IMG/VR virus record: IMGVR_UViG_3300037067_021615
Span: 1-64,000 of that record
Strand: one strand, 5' to 3'
DNA: 64,000 bases
Source of the DNA: a virus
Taxonomy: Duplodnaviria > Caudoviricetes
Under the pieces are notes generated by a model. It saw nothing but the letters and a program-made list of their open reading frames with translations, was not told the origin of the DNA and did not search any database. Below are positions 8,705 to 19,119 of the stretch, one piece after another (positions within the stretch are counted from its first letter, which is position 1; every line of letters begins with the position of its first letter). Both the position numbers and the translations under genes were made by a program.

Positions 8705-9001
8705 TTATACATTACACAATATTTTTGTTTTCATTTTTTGTAGAGTAGCTTCAACTTTTTTATGTGAAACTTCCATGTTTTGTTTAAACTGAATTTTATT
8801 AAAAATACTTAAATACAATTCAAACAGGAAATGCATTATGGCGAAGCAATAGTGAAAGAAAGATACAAGTATAACGATTATTGGGTATGAAATAAATTTT
8901 TCTCCAAAATCATTCATTTCATGAAACAATTCTATCATTCTTTTATAATGTACATTTTCTTTTTTGTACATTAATTTCATTAAAGTTTTACTATTTTCCA
9001 T
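8705..9001 (-). CDS. hypothetical membrane protein
   Basis: Central hydrophobic segment. Confidence 0.55.
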   Translation of the reverse strand: MENSKTLMKLMYKKENVHYKRMIELFHEMNDFGEKFISYPIIVILVSFFHYCFAIMHFLFELYLSIFNKIQFKQNMEVSHKKVEATLQKMKTKILCNV

Positions 9002-9600
9002 TTTGCAAATAATTTAGGGTTTACTGAATGAAGGTATTCCATATCTTTTTTACATATCCTAAGACGGTAATAATCTTTTATTTTAGGAATTGACCATCCA
9101 ATTGTCCAGTTATCTCCAACATGGTACACGATATGATATTCAAAATGTGTAGTGACGGATTCATATAATGTATCTTGTATGGAAAATGTTACTGAATTTA
9201 ATTTATTCTTATCATCACGATAATACATTTTTATCAAAGAATCTTTTGTAAATATTAATCCAGCATAATTATTAATTATTTGTGTTTTAATATTTTTCAT
9301 GTTTTTAGGGGTGATATCTAATTTTTCCTCATATATAAACAAGCTACTATCGTCTTCTTTCAAAGTATCTGATTTTATATACATGGTATCGTGAGATATT
9401 ATGATGGGGTCTGCTATTTTAATATAGCTTATTTCATCTTTTATGGGCAGTTTATTTTTTCTAATAGTGTTTACAGTTGTTGTAACGATTACTGTAATTC
9501 CTATGAAAATTATTGCTGCGGTACCAAATTTTTTATTATTTTTAAAAGCGCAATACAATGCGACCAATACTATAATTGCGGTAATTATATAAGTATACAT
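8980..9600 (-). CDS. membrane protein with two N-terminal TM helices
   Basis: Hydrophobic N-terminus. Confidence 0.7.
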   Translation of the reverse strand: MYTYIITAIIVLVALYCAFKNNKKFGTAAIIFIGITVIVTTTVNTIRKNKLPIKDEISYIKIADPIIISHDTMYIKSDTLKEDDSSLFIYEEKLDITPKNMKNIKTQIINNYAGLIFTKDSLIKMYYRDDKNKLNSVTFSIQDTLYESVTTHFEYHIVYHVGDNWTIGWSIPKIKDYYRLRICKKDMEYLHSVNPKLFAKWKIVKL

Positions 9601-9623
9601 AAATTTATTTTAGTTTATATTAA

Positions 9624-10772
9624 TTAATCAAAATTTTCTTCATAATCATCTTTTCCGTTGTCCCATTCAATTCCTGGGCAATAATCTCCTTTTGTAGCAG
9701 AAAAATATTCTCCGAATATTCCTGTAAATTTAACAAGTCCTTTGCCAAATCCCTTAAGAATTCCCCATAAAAGTTTCAGAATAAAAAACTTATAAAAAAA
9801 TGCAACGAAAATAAAATAAATTGGGTACCAAATAAAATATTTACATATTTTATATATTATAGTTCCAAAATATACAAATGGAGTTAGCCATTTTGATGAA
9901 AGTTTACCTTCTCTTTTTTTATCAATAAAATAACAAACAAGAAAATATATTAGATATATAATTACAGCTGATAGTATACCAAATGTCATACATTTCAAAA
10001 CCAGCCATAAAAATCCAAGTACTGCGGCTCCGTTCCATACTGATATAATTAGCATTACTAATAGTGAAAATATATGAACAACAAAGAATAGGAGTACAAT
10101 TAATATAGTAGTTAAAATAACACCCAAAGTTGCCTTTGTTATTTTAATAACTTGATTAAAATTTGTAGATGATAATTTTATTTTTTTAAAAGGGGTAAAA
10201 ATAGAAGAAAAGAATTTATCCATTAGCTCACGGTTTCTTTGGTTTTTTATTCTTTTTTTTGCCTGTTCTATTTCTTGTTTTTTTATTATTTCTGTACGAA
10301 TTTCTCTATTTCTTTCTAGCTCTTTTATACGAGCTTCTTGAAATTTTTCAAGATATTCGCCCACTTTATTTTTTTTAATATCAATATTATGTTTAATTGC
10401 CCATCTTTCAAGCAAACTATAGGTGCTATATTTTTTTGAAAAAAATGGTTTTTTGACTAAATCTTCATTATGATAATATAAATCCAGGGCTTGGATTTCT
10501 GATAATCCATTTAGCCAATTATCAATAAAACTTTCTATCATTTTTTCAATAATATTGGCCAAAGTATTTATAACCCATCTTAATATTATGAATATAAGAT
10601 ATATAGGCATAACAAATGACACCAATACTAAAGATGCTATAAGCAGCCAAAAGTAGGGACAAAGATTTCTTAATTTTTTTGGGTCTGGTAAACACCATCC
10701 AAACATGAATTTAATTAATTTATAATGCCAAGCATCTGAGCTTAAATTTATTAATTTTGTTTTTTCTTCCAT
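9624..10772 (-). CDS. multi-pass membrane protein
   Basis: Several long hydrophobic stretches around a coiled coil. Confidence 0.75.
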   Translation of the reverse strand: MEEKTKLINLSSDAWHYKLIKFMFGWCLPDPKKLRNLCPYFWLLIASLVLVSFVMPIYLIFIILRWVINTLANIIEKMIESFIDNWLNGLSEIQALDLYYHNEDLVKKPFFSKKYSTYSLLERWAIKHNIDIKKNKVGEYLEKFQEARIKELERNREIRTEIIKKQEIEQAKKRIKNQRNRELMDKFFSSIFTPFKKIKLSSTNFNQVIKITKATLGVILTTILIVLLFFVVHIFSLLVMLIISVWNGAAVLGFLWLVLKCMTFGILSAVIIYLIYFLVCYFIDKKREGKLSSKWLTPFVYFGTIIYKICKYFIWYPIYFIFVAFFYKFFILKLLWGILKGFGKGLVKFTGIFGEYFSATKGDYCPGIEWDNGKDDYEENFD

Positions 10773-10802
10773 TTTTTTTAGATTTTTATTAATTTATTAA
10801 TT

Positions 10803-10830
10803 TATACGTAAGAACTTTAAAAATGTTATA
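10803..10830 (-). promoter_or_regulatory. phage class II promoter T(G/A)TAAC-N16-CGTATA (ECF-sigma-like); also 18462-18489, 19088-19115, 23484-23511, 28199-28226, 32699-32726 (-), 34073-34100, 61390-61417 (+), and a 15-nt-spacer variant near 56362-56388 (+)
   Basis: AAC and CGTA separated by exactly 16 nt in 8 copies, all upstream of operon starts. Confidence 0.8.
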
Positions 10831-10960
10831 TTATTTTAATAATTTTTTGGGGAATACTTAATATCATGCAAAATTGGTCCGTTTTACTTTAATTATTTTA
10901 TTGATTGTTTATATTTTATAGCCACTAACATTTACAATTAGTATATCATTTAATTATAAT

Positions 10961-11362
10961 TTATTTTTTCAAATAATTTATATTAATATTGCTTTTTTTG
11001 CTAGATATAGTATCTTTCCCGTTGGTATACAATACATAATTATTCTTTATTTCAATGATTTTGATTGTATCTAAAGAATATTTATTAAATGGGTTATCTG
11101 TTTGTATTTCTTTTAAAATAAAAACATCTTCTACATTTACTTTATTTTTCTTATTTTTTTCTATGCTGATAAAAATAGTTATTAATACAGTGGACATAAA
11201 TATTGAAATTGTCATAATCATCGAAAAAACATAGGAAATTTTCTTCAAATTCAATAAATATTTTTTTCCTTTGATAACATAAATCACAACACAGAATAAT
11301 ACTATTAATAGAAATATACTTGCAAAGATTGCGGAAGATATGAGAAATAAATGGCTATTCAT
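10961..11362 (-). CDS. membrane protein with two TM helices
   Basis: Hydrophobic N-terminal half. Confidence 0.6.
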   Translation of the reverse strand: MNSHLFLISSAIFASIFLLIVLFCVVIYVIKGKKYLLNLKKISYVFSMIMTISIFMSTVLITIFISIEKNKKNKVNVEDVFILKEIQTDNPFNKYSLDTIKIIEIKNNYVLYTNGKDTISSKKSNININYLKK

Positions 11363-11368
11363 ATTTAT

Positions 11369-12286
11369 TTAAATTTTATTATTTCTTACAGAATCTTTAA
11401 CTTCGATATATATATTTGATGCTTCTGGATAGGCTGCAGTTATATCAAGTTTAATCTGTTCTATTGTATCTTCAATTGTGTAACCCAAGGCTTCATCATC
11501 AACATCAATTGAAATTAATAGTATGAATTGTTCTTTTCCAATAAACATAGTTTGTATTCTATTTATATGATTAACAATTAAATATTTGTGAATTATGTTT
11601 TTTATATCAGTTCGTACTTTTCTAGGAGCACTTTCTCCAACAATAAGTTTTCTAAGTTCATTAGAAAGAATGTAAGCAATTACCATAAGAATTATACCTA
11701 CAATTATAGACCCAATGGCATCGAATATTGGGGATACTGTAATAGATAAAATTGTAGTAGAAAGAACAATAATAAGACCAAGCAATGCAGCAAAATCTTC
11801 CAATAATATAACTAAAAGATTTGTGTCATTCATAGCAACAATTGCTTTATAAAGTGTGGTTTTGTATTTCTGTTTAAATTGTAAATATGCAACTCGGAAT
11901 GAATTTCCTTCTAATATAATACTTATAGATAATACAATGAAAGACCACATAACATTTTTTATTGGTTCGGGGGTAAATAATCTATGAATTCCTTCATATG
12001 TAGAAAATCCTCCTCCAACAAAAAACAAAAGAATGGCTACCATAAACCCCCAGAAATATTCTTCCTTGCCATATCCAAATGAGTGTTGTTCAGTGGCGCT
12101 TTTTTTTGTTCTTTTATTACCAATCAATAAAAATATTTGATTAAAGCAATCAGAAGTAGAATGGATAGCTTCTGCCATCATAGCAGCAGAAGCTGTAATA
12201 AAAGAAACAATAAATTTAACGACAGCAACAATAAAGTTACCTAATAAAGCTATTGATACTGCTCTTAAAGAGTTGCTGTGTGACAT
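11369..12286 (-). CDS. cation diffusion facilitator (CDF) metal transporter
   Basis: SAAMMAEAIHSTSD, HSFGYGKEEY, about 6 TM helices and a cytosolic C-terminal domain. Confidence 0.92.
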   Translation of the reverse strand: MSHSNSLRAVSIALLGNFIVAVVKFIVSFITASAAMMAEAIHSTSDCFNQIFLLIGNKRTKKSATEQHSFGYGKEEYFWGFMVAILLFFVGGGFSTYEGIHRLFTPEPIKNVMWSFIVLSISIILEGNSFRVAYLQFKQKYKTTLYKAIVAMNDTNLLVILLEDFAALLGLIIVLSTTILSITVSPIFDAIGSIIVGIILMVIAYILSNELRKLIVGESAPRKVRTDIKNIIHKYLIVNHINRIQTMFIGKEQFILLISIDVDDEALGYTIEDTIEQIKLDITAAYPEASNIYIEVKDSVRNNKI

Positions 12287-12294
12287 ACGTATTT

Positions 12295-13185
12295 TTAAAT
12301 TTTATCAATATTATTCTTTACAGAATCAGCATTAAGAATTATTGATTTTTTCGTTTTCCCTATTTTTTTAATAATTGTATCTAATGTTAAATCGCAATAA
12401 TCATCTACCCAATCACCAATATAATACAATCTATTAGAATTTTGTATTATTCCAAACAAAACAGGGTCTTTTCTTTTTTCAACTTCTTCTTTTGTTTCCT
12501 TAACAGAATTTCCAGAATAGTCATAATGAAGAACCACATAATTGTCAAATACCTTAAGAGCGTCAGCTTCTTTTTTTAATTCTGTTATGGTTTGTGGAAT
12601 AATTTTTACAAAATTCTTTGTGTAAGTTAAACACAATTTAGTTTTATACTTTTCGTGTGCGCTGGCTATATTATAAAATTTAACAACATCTTCTTCTGTT
12701 AAAAATTTGTTAAATTTTGATGTACATAAAACACTTTCATATTTAAGCACTTTGGCATAATCAACAATTTTTTCTATAAGAGCTACTTGATTATTGTCTT
12801 TAGCATTTTGTAAAACTGTGATATATTTATTAAGGATATCATCAATATCTTTTTTATCAAGTTCATTAATGTTCTTTTTTAATGATTCAAAAAAAGATGT
12901 TAAATTTACAAGGGTAAGTTCTTTTTTGTCATCAGGATTAAAATATCTCAGATATAGTTTTTTATACAACCACATTTTAAATTTTAAACGTATTGATGGT
13001 TCATGAGAATGCATGTATTTCATATATTCCATATTACTATCAGTTATTCTATTTGAAGATGGTGTCACAAATCTGTTGGAAAACCCACTTAAAGAAATAG
13101 AGTTTGCGTCATCCTCTTCTATCCCATCTATTTCATTTTCAGTTTTATTTTTTATTTCTTTTTTTGTATTTTGGCAAATTGCCAT
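12295..13185 (-). CDS. conserved-looking hypothetical protein
   Basis: 296 aa; KDPVLFG...YYIGDW motif. Confidence 0.75.
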   Translation of the reverse strand: MAICQNTKKEIKNKTENEIDGIEEDDANSISLSGFSNRFVTPSSNRITDSNMEYMKYMHSHEPSIRLKFKMWLYKKLYLRYFNPDDKKELTLVNLTSFFESLKKNINELDKKDIDDILNKYITVLQNAKDNNQVALIEKIVDYAKVLKYESVLCTSKFNKFLTEEDVVKFYNIASAHEKYKTKLCLTYTKNFVKIIPQTITELKKEADALKVFDNYVVLHYDYSGNSVKETKEEVEKRKDPVLFGIIQNSNRLYYIGDWVDDYCDLTLDTIIKKIGKTKKSIILNADSVKNNIDKI

Positions 13186-13239
13186 CTACAATGATATTTT
13201 GTAATATCAAAATTTTACCTTTTTCTATCATAGTTTTAA

Positions 13240-13479
13240 TTATTTAATTTTATACAATACTTTTCTTTTTTCAATAGTATATTTTTCTTCTGGAAGTTGT
13301 TTTTCCAATTTTTTAATTTCTGCAGTAATTCTTTCATGTTCCAAAAAATCTTCACAATCACAGAAATAATGCCAGTGTCCATGCATATCATCGTGGTCTA
13401 TGTAAATATGCTCGCTATTTAGGTTTTTTCCGCAAAATAAGCAAACTTGAGTGTCTATTAATACTCTTTCTTCTTTCAT
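13240..13479 (-). CDS. small Cys/His-rich protein
   Basis: CxxC...CxC. Confidence 0.6.
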   Translation of the reverse strand: MKEERVLIDTQVCLFCGKNLNSEHIYIDHDDMHGHWHYFCDCEDFLEHERITAEIKKLEKQLPEEKYTIEKRKVLYKIK

Positions 13480-13486
13480 AATATTT

Positions 13487-14104
13487 TTATTTATGATATT
13501 CTTCTTTATATTTCATAGACCAAGTAGGGTCTGGCCTATAAGGTATTGCCTTTAAATAATTATAAATTGGTTCCCAATCTGTATGGGGATTAAATCCTGC
13601 TTTATCTTCAAACATTACATTGTAATAAAACTTTTTTTCATAAAATCCAAAACTTCCCTTTGCATCGGCTATTTCTGGATTTTCATTTGCATATTTAAAC
13701 AAAATTCCATCTTTTTTGAAGATATCTGTGTATATTTTTAATTCTTCGGGGTATGAGGATGAAGAAATTATTTTTATAATATCTGGGCGAGTTTCTGTAA
13801 GGAGTTGTAAAGTTTCCATTGCAAATGGATAGTAGATTACCTTATTTTCTTCTGTTGTTGACTTTTTTTCTCCTTTGCGATAATCTGGAACAGAAATTGT
13901 CCCATGGATATCAAAAGCCCAATATGTTTCATACCATTGTTTTTGCTGGGCATGTTCAAACATGGTTTTAATCCAGGTTAGGAGTTGGGGCTCTAACAAC
14001 TTTTGTTCAAGCCATGAACTATATTTTACAAAAGTATCAATATCGTAGAGATTTATTTCTATTCCTGTTTCATTGAAAAACCTTGTCATAATTATATTAT
14101 TCAT
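13487..14104 (-). CDS. HAD-superfamily-like hydrolase
   Basis: FDIHGT (motif I-like), SSS, FEDKAG (motif IV-like). Confidence 0.6.
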   Translation of the reverse strand: MNNIIMTRFFNETGIEINLYDIDTFVKYSSWLEQKLLEPQLLTWIKTMFEHAQQKQWYETYWAFDIHGTISVPDYRKGEKKSTTEENKVIYYPFAMETLQLLTETRPDIIKIISSSSYPEELKIYTDIFKKDGILFKYANENPEIADAKGSFGFYEKKFYYNVMFEDKAGFNPHTDWEPIYNYLKAIPYRPDPTWSMKYKEEYHK

Positions 14105-14160
14105 ATAAGTTTTTTTATTTATAGATTTTATTTATTAAGTTATACAAAAAACACAAGAAA

Positions 14161-14436
14161 TTATTCACTATCTTCGTCTCTCCATGTTTGATGTATTTTA
14201 TTTTCTCTATAACATAAATTTTCTTTGCAAAAAACTTTTAAATAAAAATAATTTATTGCCTCATCCATATCTTTTGATAAAAATCTTTTAAAGACACCTT
14301 CTACTATAAATAAAGAACCAGAAGTACGTATTATAGCGTCTCCAATCCAACTTTCTGGGGTTGATTTATATGCACAAGTAATTGTCGCTCCATTTTGTAA
14401 CAATAATTTGATAGAGTTTTTTATATCATTTCCCAT
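14161..14436 (-). CDS. hypothetical protein, last gene of the kinase operon
   Basis: Abuts the kinase stop codon. Confidence 0.6.
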   Translation of the reverse strand: MGNDIKNSIKLLLQNGATITCAYKSTPESWIGDAIIRTSGSLFIVEGVFKRFLSKDMDEAINYFYLKVFCKENLCYRENKIHQTWRDEDSE

Positions 14437-14437
14437 T

Positions 14438-16111
14438 TTATTTTTTATTAACTAGGTAAAGATTTTTTGAATCATTTAAAAGAATTCCTGCTTTTGTATA
14501 AAATACTTGGGTAGATTCATCAACAACACTACATTTGAATTTGGCAATCGGTTGCATATTATCACATCCAAGAAACAAAAGTTGGTCATCTTCTGGCATG
14601 ATAATGTAGTTGCCAGGATTGTATCCAAAGTGTCTTATAGAAGATAATGGATAAGAATATTTTTCCACATTTAATCCATTTACTTTAAACAAATCAAACT
14701 TAATTTTACCATCTTTTACTGTCTGGGCAATTCCTATATTTCCATCTTGGTAAACATCATTTAATATTTCATCATAAAGAATTGTATCAAGATTGCCATT
14801 GTGATTTAATCTTAAATAGGTATTTGCTCCAAAATTTTGTATCATTCCATTATACTTTTTAAAACTATTTCCAAATACTTCTTTTGTTTTAAATTTAATA
14901 TGGGTGCCAATAATTTCATCAAGGTATATAGTAAACATTTTATCTTTTTCAATTATGACAAAAATGTTACCATATTGTTTTGCTAGGAGTACATCACCAA
15001 TTCCCATATCGTCCATTTCTATTCTTTGGAAATTTGTTAAATCATATTTAAAAAATTTATTATTTTCAAATACAAATAGATTTTTATCAGTTGGTAATGG
15101 GGCTAAATTTTTGTTCGTCCTTGGAATTCTTCCAATTTCGTTGTAGTGATATCTATCAGTTAAACGATAAACAATAATTTCATTTTTAACTGCAACACAA
15201 GCAATGCTGTGACTGCAATTTACGTATCTTATTTCGGCATTATCAATAATTTTCATAATTGTTAATTCCCCTTCTTTTTCAACAATTTTATCAATATTGA
15301 TTATATGAATTGTTTCAGAAACACCATCAAGATTAATCATAAATCTTTCTCCATCTTTAAAAATACTTTTAAATTGATTCATTAGATTTTTATCTTGTAA
15401 TGGATGGTAGCATTTAGGAACAATTAAATTGGGGTCATTATCAAAAATGGGAATTTTATTAATTGCTCGTTCTGGCAAACTTTTATATTTTTTATGAGCC
15501 CCTTTATAAGGGTGTAAACTTGTTAGAAAATTAAATACAACAACAGCCAATGCATAATAATCACTTTCTTTACTGATTTTACCCATATATAAATGGTCTC
15601 TTATGTCATCCAATAATTTTCCAGAATGAATGGTGCCTGGGGTTTGATAAGAATCTGTATCAATAAAGAATGTTGTTCCAGAATCATTTAGCATTATATT
15701 AAATGGGTTAAAATCTCCAATAATAATTCCTTTTGAATGGACTGATTTTAAACTATCAATAAGTTTTTTCACAACTTCCATCTTTATTTTATCTGTCAAT
15801 CCTTGTGTATTACAAAAATTATAACTAAAAGCTGAATACAATGGGAAAAAATCTTTAGATAGCATTTTCATTATAAAACCTGCTATTTTTTTATTTTTTT
15901 GAAAAAGGATTTTCTCTGGTTTTATAAAAGTTGAGCCGTCAAGTGTTGAAAGATGTTGAAGTTTGCTTTCAGAAAATGAATGAATACCTTGGTGATATAT
16001 TTTTGCCACCTTATTATGCCCCATATCTATAATTGAGCCTTCTCCTCCTCTTGCAATTTCTTTGCTTTCGTCAACATTAATAACTGTACCGTCTTTATCG
16101 TATAATTTCAT
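14438..16111 (-). CDS. Ser/Thr protein kinase (TerY-P-associated type) with beta-rich C-terminal domain
   Basis: RGGEG, VAKIY, GDFNPFN, IDTDSYQ, SDYYALA, HPYKG. Confidence 0.88.
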   Translation of the reverse strand: MKLYDKDGTVINVDESKEIARGGEGSIIDMGHNKVAKIYHQGIHSFSESKLQHLSTLDGSTFIKPEKILFQKNKKIAGFIMKMLSKDFFPLYSAFSYNFCNTQGLTDKIKMEVVKKLIDSLKSVHSKGIIIGDFNPFNIMLNDSGTTFFIDTDSYQTPGTIHSGKLLDDIRDHLYMGKISKESDYYALAVVVFNFLTSLHPYKGAHKKYKSLPERAINKIPIFDNDPNLIVPKCYHPLQDKNLMNQFKSIFKDGERFMINLDGVSETIHIINIDKIVEKEGELTIMKIIDNAEIRYVNCSHSIACVAVKNEIIVYRLTDRYHYNEIGRIPRTNKNLAPLPTDKNLFVFENNKFFKYDLTNFQRIEMDDMGIGDVLLAKQYGNIFVIIEKDKMFTIYLDEIIGTHIKFKTKEVFGNSFKKYNGMIQNFGANTYLRLNHNGNLDTILYDEILNDVYQDGNIGIAQTVKDGKIKFDLFKVNGLNVEKYSYPLSSIRHFGYNPGNYIIMPEDDQLLFLGCDNMQPIAKFKCSVVDESTQVFYTKAGILLNDSKNLYLVNKK

Positions 16112-16877
16112 TTTTTTCAGGAATTTCTACAAATGTTATATGTGCTATTGATAAGTCGTCGCTAGGAGCAATATTTTTATCTTCAAAAATATTACAAATT
16201 CTTGAAAGCCCTATTTTATTGTTTAAAAGATAACCGCTTTCAAAAAATTGTTTAATAATTTCATTTTTTTCATCTTCATTTACATATCTATTTTCATTAT
16301 AATTTTTAAAAGAATCAATTCCATCGCTTAATACAGCAATGGTTTTTTCTACTTTAAAATTATATTTGTAAACATTATTTTTCCAGATATCATCAAATGA
16401 GCTAGATAAGTAATATGATATATAATTTGGTGCATTTTCGTTATTAGGTTGTACTGTATGCATAGTACCATCTACATAAATACTTCCATCTCCAGCAATA
16501 ATCGAATATGATTCTTTTGTTTTCAAATTAACAACAGACAATACTATTGTTGAAAGTATCTCTGTCAAGTCCAATTCAAAATAATAGAAAGAATATTTTA
16601 ATTCGTTGAAAAACAATTTCATTAATGTATATGAAACTCCTTCTAATGGGGAAAAATCATTTATATTTTCAATATATGTTTTGTATTGAATTGCTATTTT
16701 TTTAAATATTTTAGCAAATAGTCCAGATGCAAAATATGAATCTGTCCCAGAAGAACATCCATCAAATACAATAATTACTCCTATTTGATTATAAGAAAAG
16801 ACGAGGGATTCGTCTTCACACCTTTGAGTGTGTGACCTCCCTCGTCTTGTTGTTTTTCTTATTTTAACATCAAACAT
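16095..16877 (-). CDS. PP2C-family protein phosphatase
   Basis: GRSH..CED, FDGCSS, GDG, SDG and DD motifs. Confidence 0.88.
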   Translation of the reverse strand: MFDVKIRKTTRRGRSHTQRCEDESLVFSYNQIGVIIVFDGCSSGTDSYFASGLFAKIFKKIAIQYKTYIENINDFSPLEGVSYTLMKLFFNELKYSFYYFELDLTEILSTIVLSVVNLKTKESYSIIAGDGSIYVDGTMHTVQPNNENAPNYISYYLSSSFDDIWKNNVYKYNFKVEKTIAVLSDGIDSFKNYNENRYVNEDEKNEIIKQFFESGYLLNNKIGLSRICNIFEDKNIAPSDDLSIAHITFVEIPEKNEIIR

Positions 16878-16879
16878 CC

Positions 16880-17596
16880 TTAAAAATTTAAATTTTGAGA
16901 AATATTTTGTCCGTTGGAAACAGATGTAACAGAACTACTTATAATTGATACTGCTTTTCTAATATCATCTCCAAGTACTGCTAAGGCATGAAAACCCAAT
17001 TTTTCATATGCTTCTTTAAAAGAAGATTCTTCTCCAATACCCAAAAGAACTGATGAAAAAGTCATTATATTTTGCTCTTCTTTATTCAATTCTTTTAATT
17101 TGTTTTTTACATATTCTGCGTCAGATTCTGGAGAAGCATTGTTTTCTCCATCACTAATGATAAAAAGAATTGTTTTAGCTTTTACCCCTGTTTTAATAAG
17201 AGAATCTCTATAATCAATAGCTTTATCTAAAGCAATTCTTGCAGCTCCATATAGAGCAGTCATTCCATTTTTTGGAACAAACTTAAATGGGTCAACTTCT
17301 GTGATGGGCTGGAATCCTGTATTAACTTCAACATCATCAGAAAAAACAATAGTTGATACAAGCAATCTGTCTTTTACATGACTTTTTGCCATATTTTCAA
17401 CAAATTCATTTGCTGCTTTATTTAACTCATCACATCGTGTAGATGTTGAGCCATTTTTTAGAACAACTGACTGTCTCATAGAAGAAGATAAGTCAAATGC
17501 AAACACTGCATTTATAGTTTCTTCAACTTCAATATTTTCAGGATTAAAATCTGCATCTCCTCCGAAATCAAATTTAATTTTATCGTCGTTTTTCAT
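16880..17596 (-). CDS. vWA-domain protein (TerY-like)
   Basis: MIDAS DLSSS, TALY, ISDGENN. Confidence 0.88.
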   Translation of the reverse strand: MKNDDKIKFDFGGDADFNPENIEVEETINAVFAFDLSSSMRQSVVLKNGSTSTRCDELNKAANEFVENMAKSHVKDRLLVSTIVFSDDVEVNTGFQPITEVDPFKFVPKNGMTALYGAARIALDKAIDYRDSLIKTGVKAKTILFIISDGENNASPESDAEYVKNKLKELNKEEQNIMTFSSVLLGIGEESSFKEAYEKLGFHALAVLGDDIRKAVSIISSSVTSVSNGQNISQNLNF

Positions 17597-17615
17597 TTTT
17601 TAGAAATTTAAGTGT

Positions 17616-18428
17616 TTATAATGTAATATCTGTTGATTTAGCAAATTTAATCCCAATAGATTTAGCTTCGTCATAAATTGGTTGAGCTAAATCATCAAAA
17701 GTAATTCCAGGTGCTGCTTCGCCTTTAACTGATGACATACAATCTTCAAGGACAATAAATTTTTGTGCTAAAGTTTTATCAAACTTCATTGATTGCTTAA
17801 GTGAAGTGGCAACACAATGCGTTTTTGCTTCTCCAGCAAAATATATGTCATCATAATCATTAAGAATTTTGATGAGTCTATCATTAAGTTGAGTGCCATC
17901 TTCTCCAGGAATAGGAATATTTGCCTGAAATACTCCAAAATGCTCTGTTAAAGGATGAATTCCCTTTTTTACGATTTTATGAAACAAGCATTGTGAAGTT
18001 GACCAATCAATAACTGATTTCATAAGAGGAGCGTAAATAGCTGCACCTTCACTACCATCAATGCAATGTACTGGCCATATACAATGAGGAAACTCCTTTT
18101 GTGCTTCAAGGTCTTCTAAATATTTTAAAGCAGCTTTGGGGTAGAATCTTGGTGTCCATTTTCCATCTTTTACATCTTTTGAAGAGATTATAGTATATAT
18201 AGGAGGAAAATTTCCGTCTTTATCTTCCCAAAATGGAGGATGACTTATATCAATAACCATATGACTATCTTGGGTTAGACCAATATATTCAATTTTTGAC
18301 TTATTTCTGTCAATAAAATTGGCAAGTCTATTCATATCTTTATCTGCACCTGGAACCGAAAGGGCGCCAGTTGCTACACAGAAATCATTCTGTGCATCAA
18401 TAATAAGTAATGCATTTTTTCTTTTCAT
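17616..18428 (-). CDS. pncA: nicotinamidase / isochorismatase-family hydrolase
   Basis: IDAQNDFC, DSH, WPVHC, KG, GEAKTHCV catalytic motifs. Confidence 0.85.
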   Translation of the reverse strand: MKRKNALLIIDAQNDFCVATGALSVPGADKDMNRLANFIDRNKSKIEYIGLTQDSHMVIDISHPPFWEDKDGNFPPIYTIISSKDVKDGKWTPRFYPKAALKYLEDLEAQKEFPHCIWPVHCIDGSEGAAIYAPLMKSVIDWSTSQCLFHKIVKKGIHPLTEHFGVFQANIPIPGEDGTQLNDRLIKILNDYDDIYFAGEAKTHCVATSLKQSMKFDKTLAQKFIVLEDCMSSVKGEAAPGITFDDLAQPIYDEAKSIGIKFAKSTDITL

Positions 18429-18497
18429 AAAAAATTTTTTAAATTTATAATTTCATATTATTATACGTTAAAAAAGATGAAATGTTATAATTTTTTA

Positions 18498-18836
18498 TTA
18501 TTTATTTTCATCTTTAACAGATAAAGATAAATCAATTAATTCATCATCATCATTGATAGCGCCAATTTCATATAAAATATCTGTTTTCCAGCCAGCTTTT
18601 TTATATCTTTTCTCAAGTTCTCTGACCATTATTTCCACACGATGTTTTGAATTATTACCAAATACGGTTTTTTCTTTTATTGAAATAAGAATGGGACTAG
18701 TTCCATCAAAATCATCAGTGATTTTTTTATCTATTTCACTTTCCACCATTCCGATGGTAGATAATTCGTCTGCAGTAAGAGGAGCATTTCTCTTTTTTGT
18801 TAATTCTTGTTTTGCTTTTTTTAATGTAATTGCCAT
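18498..18836 (-). CDS. hypothetical protein; start MAITLKK
   Basis: Internal ATG avoids overlap with the upstream gene. Confidence 0.6.
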   Translation of the reverse strand: MAITLKKAKQELTKKRNAPLTADELSTIGMVESEIDKKITDDFDGTSPILISIKEKTVFGNNSKHRVEIMVRELEKRYKKAGWKTDILYEIGAINDDDELIDLSLSVKDENK

Positions 18837-18852
18837 AATAAAATATTTAAGT

Positions 18853-19068
18853 TTAAAAAAATTTATTTTCGCTAGTTGCAATTCCCACAATGTAAATTAA
18901 TAAGGTTATTGCTATAATTGTTATTGCTAAAGGTAAGCAACTCCAAGTACTAATTACTAAAATTGCAGCAGTTGTTACACTCACACTTGATTTGTTAAGT
19001 TCAGCTAAGTTATAAAGAAAGGATAAAATATATCCAATGCCAGCAATAATTGCAATTGTTAATATCAT
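18853..19068 (-). CDS. small membrane protein
   Basis: Two hydrophobic helices; class II promoter upstream. Confidence 0.6.
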   Translation of the reverse strand: MILTIAIIAGIGYILSFLYNLAELNKSSVSVTTAAILVISTWSCLPLAITIIAITLLIYIVGIATSENKFF

Positions 19069-19119
19069 TTTCGTATATTTTTGACTATATACGAAAAAAA
19101 GAAAAAAAAGTTACATTAT

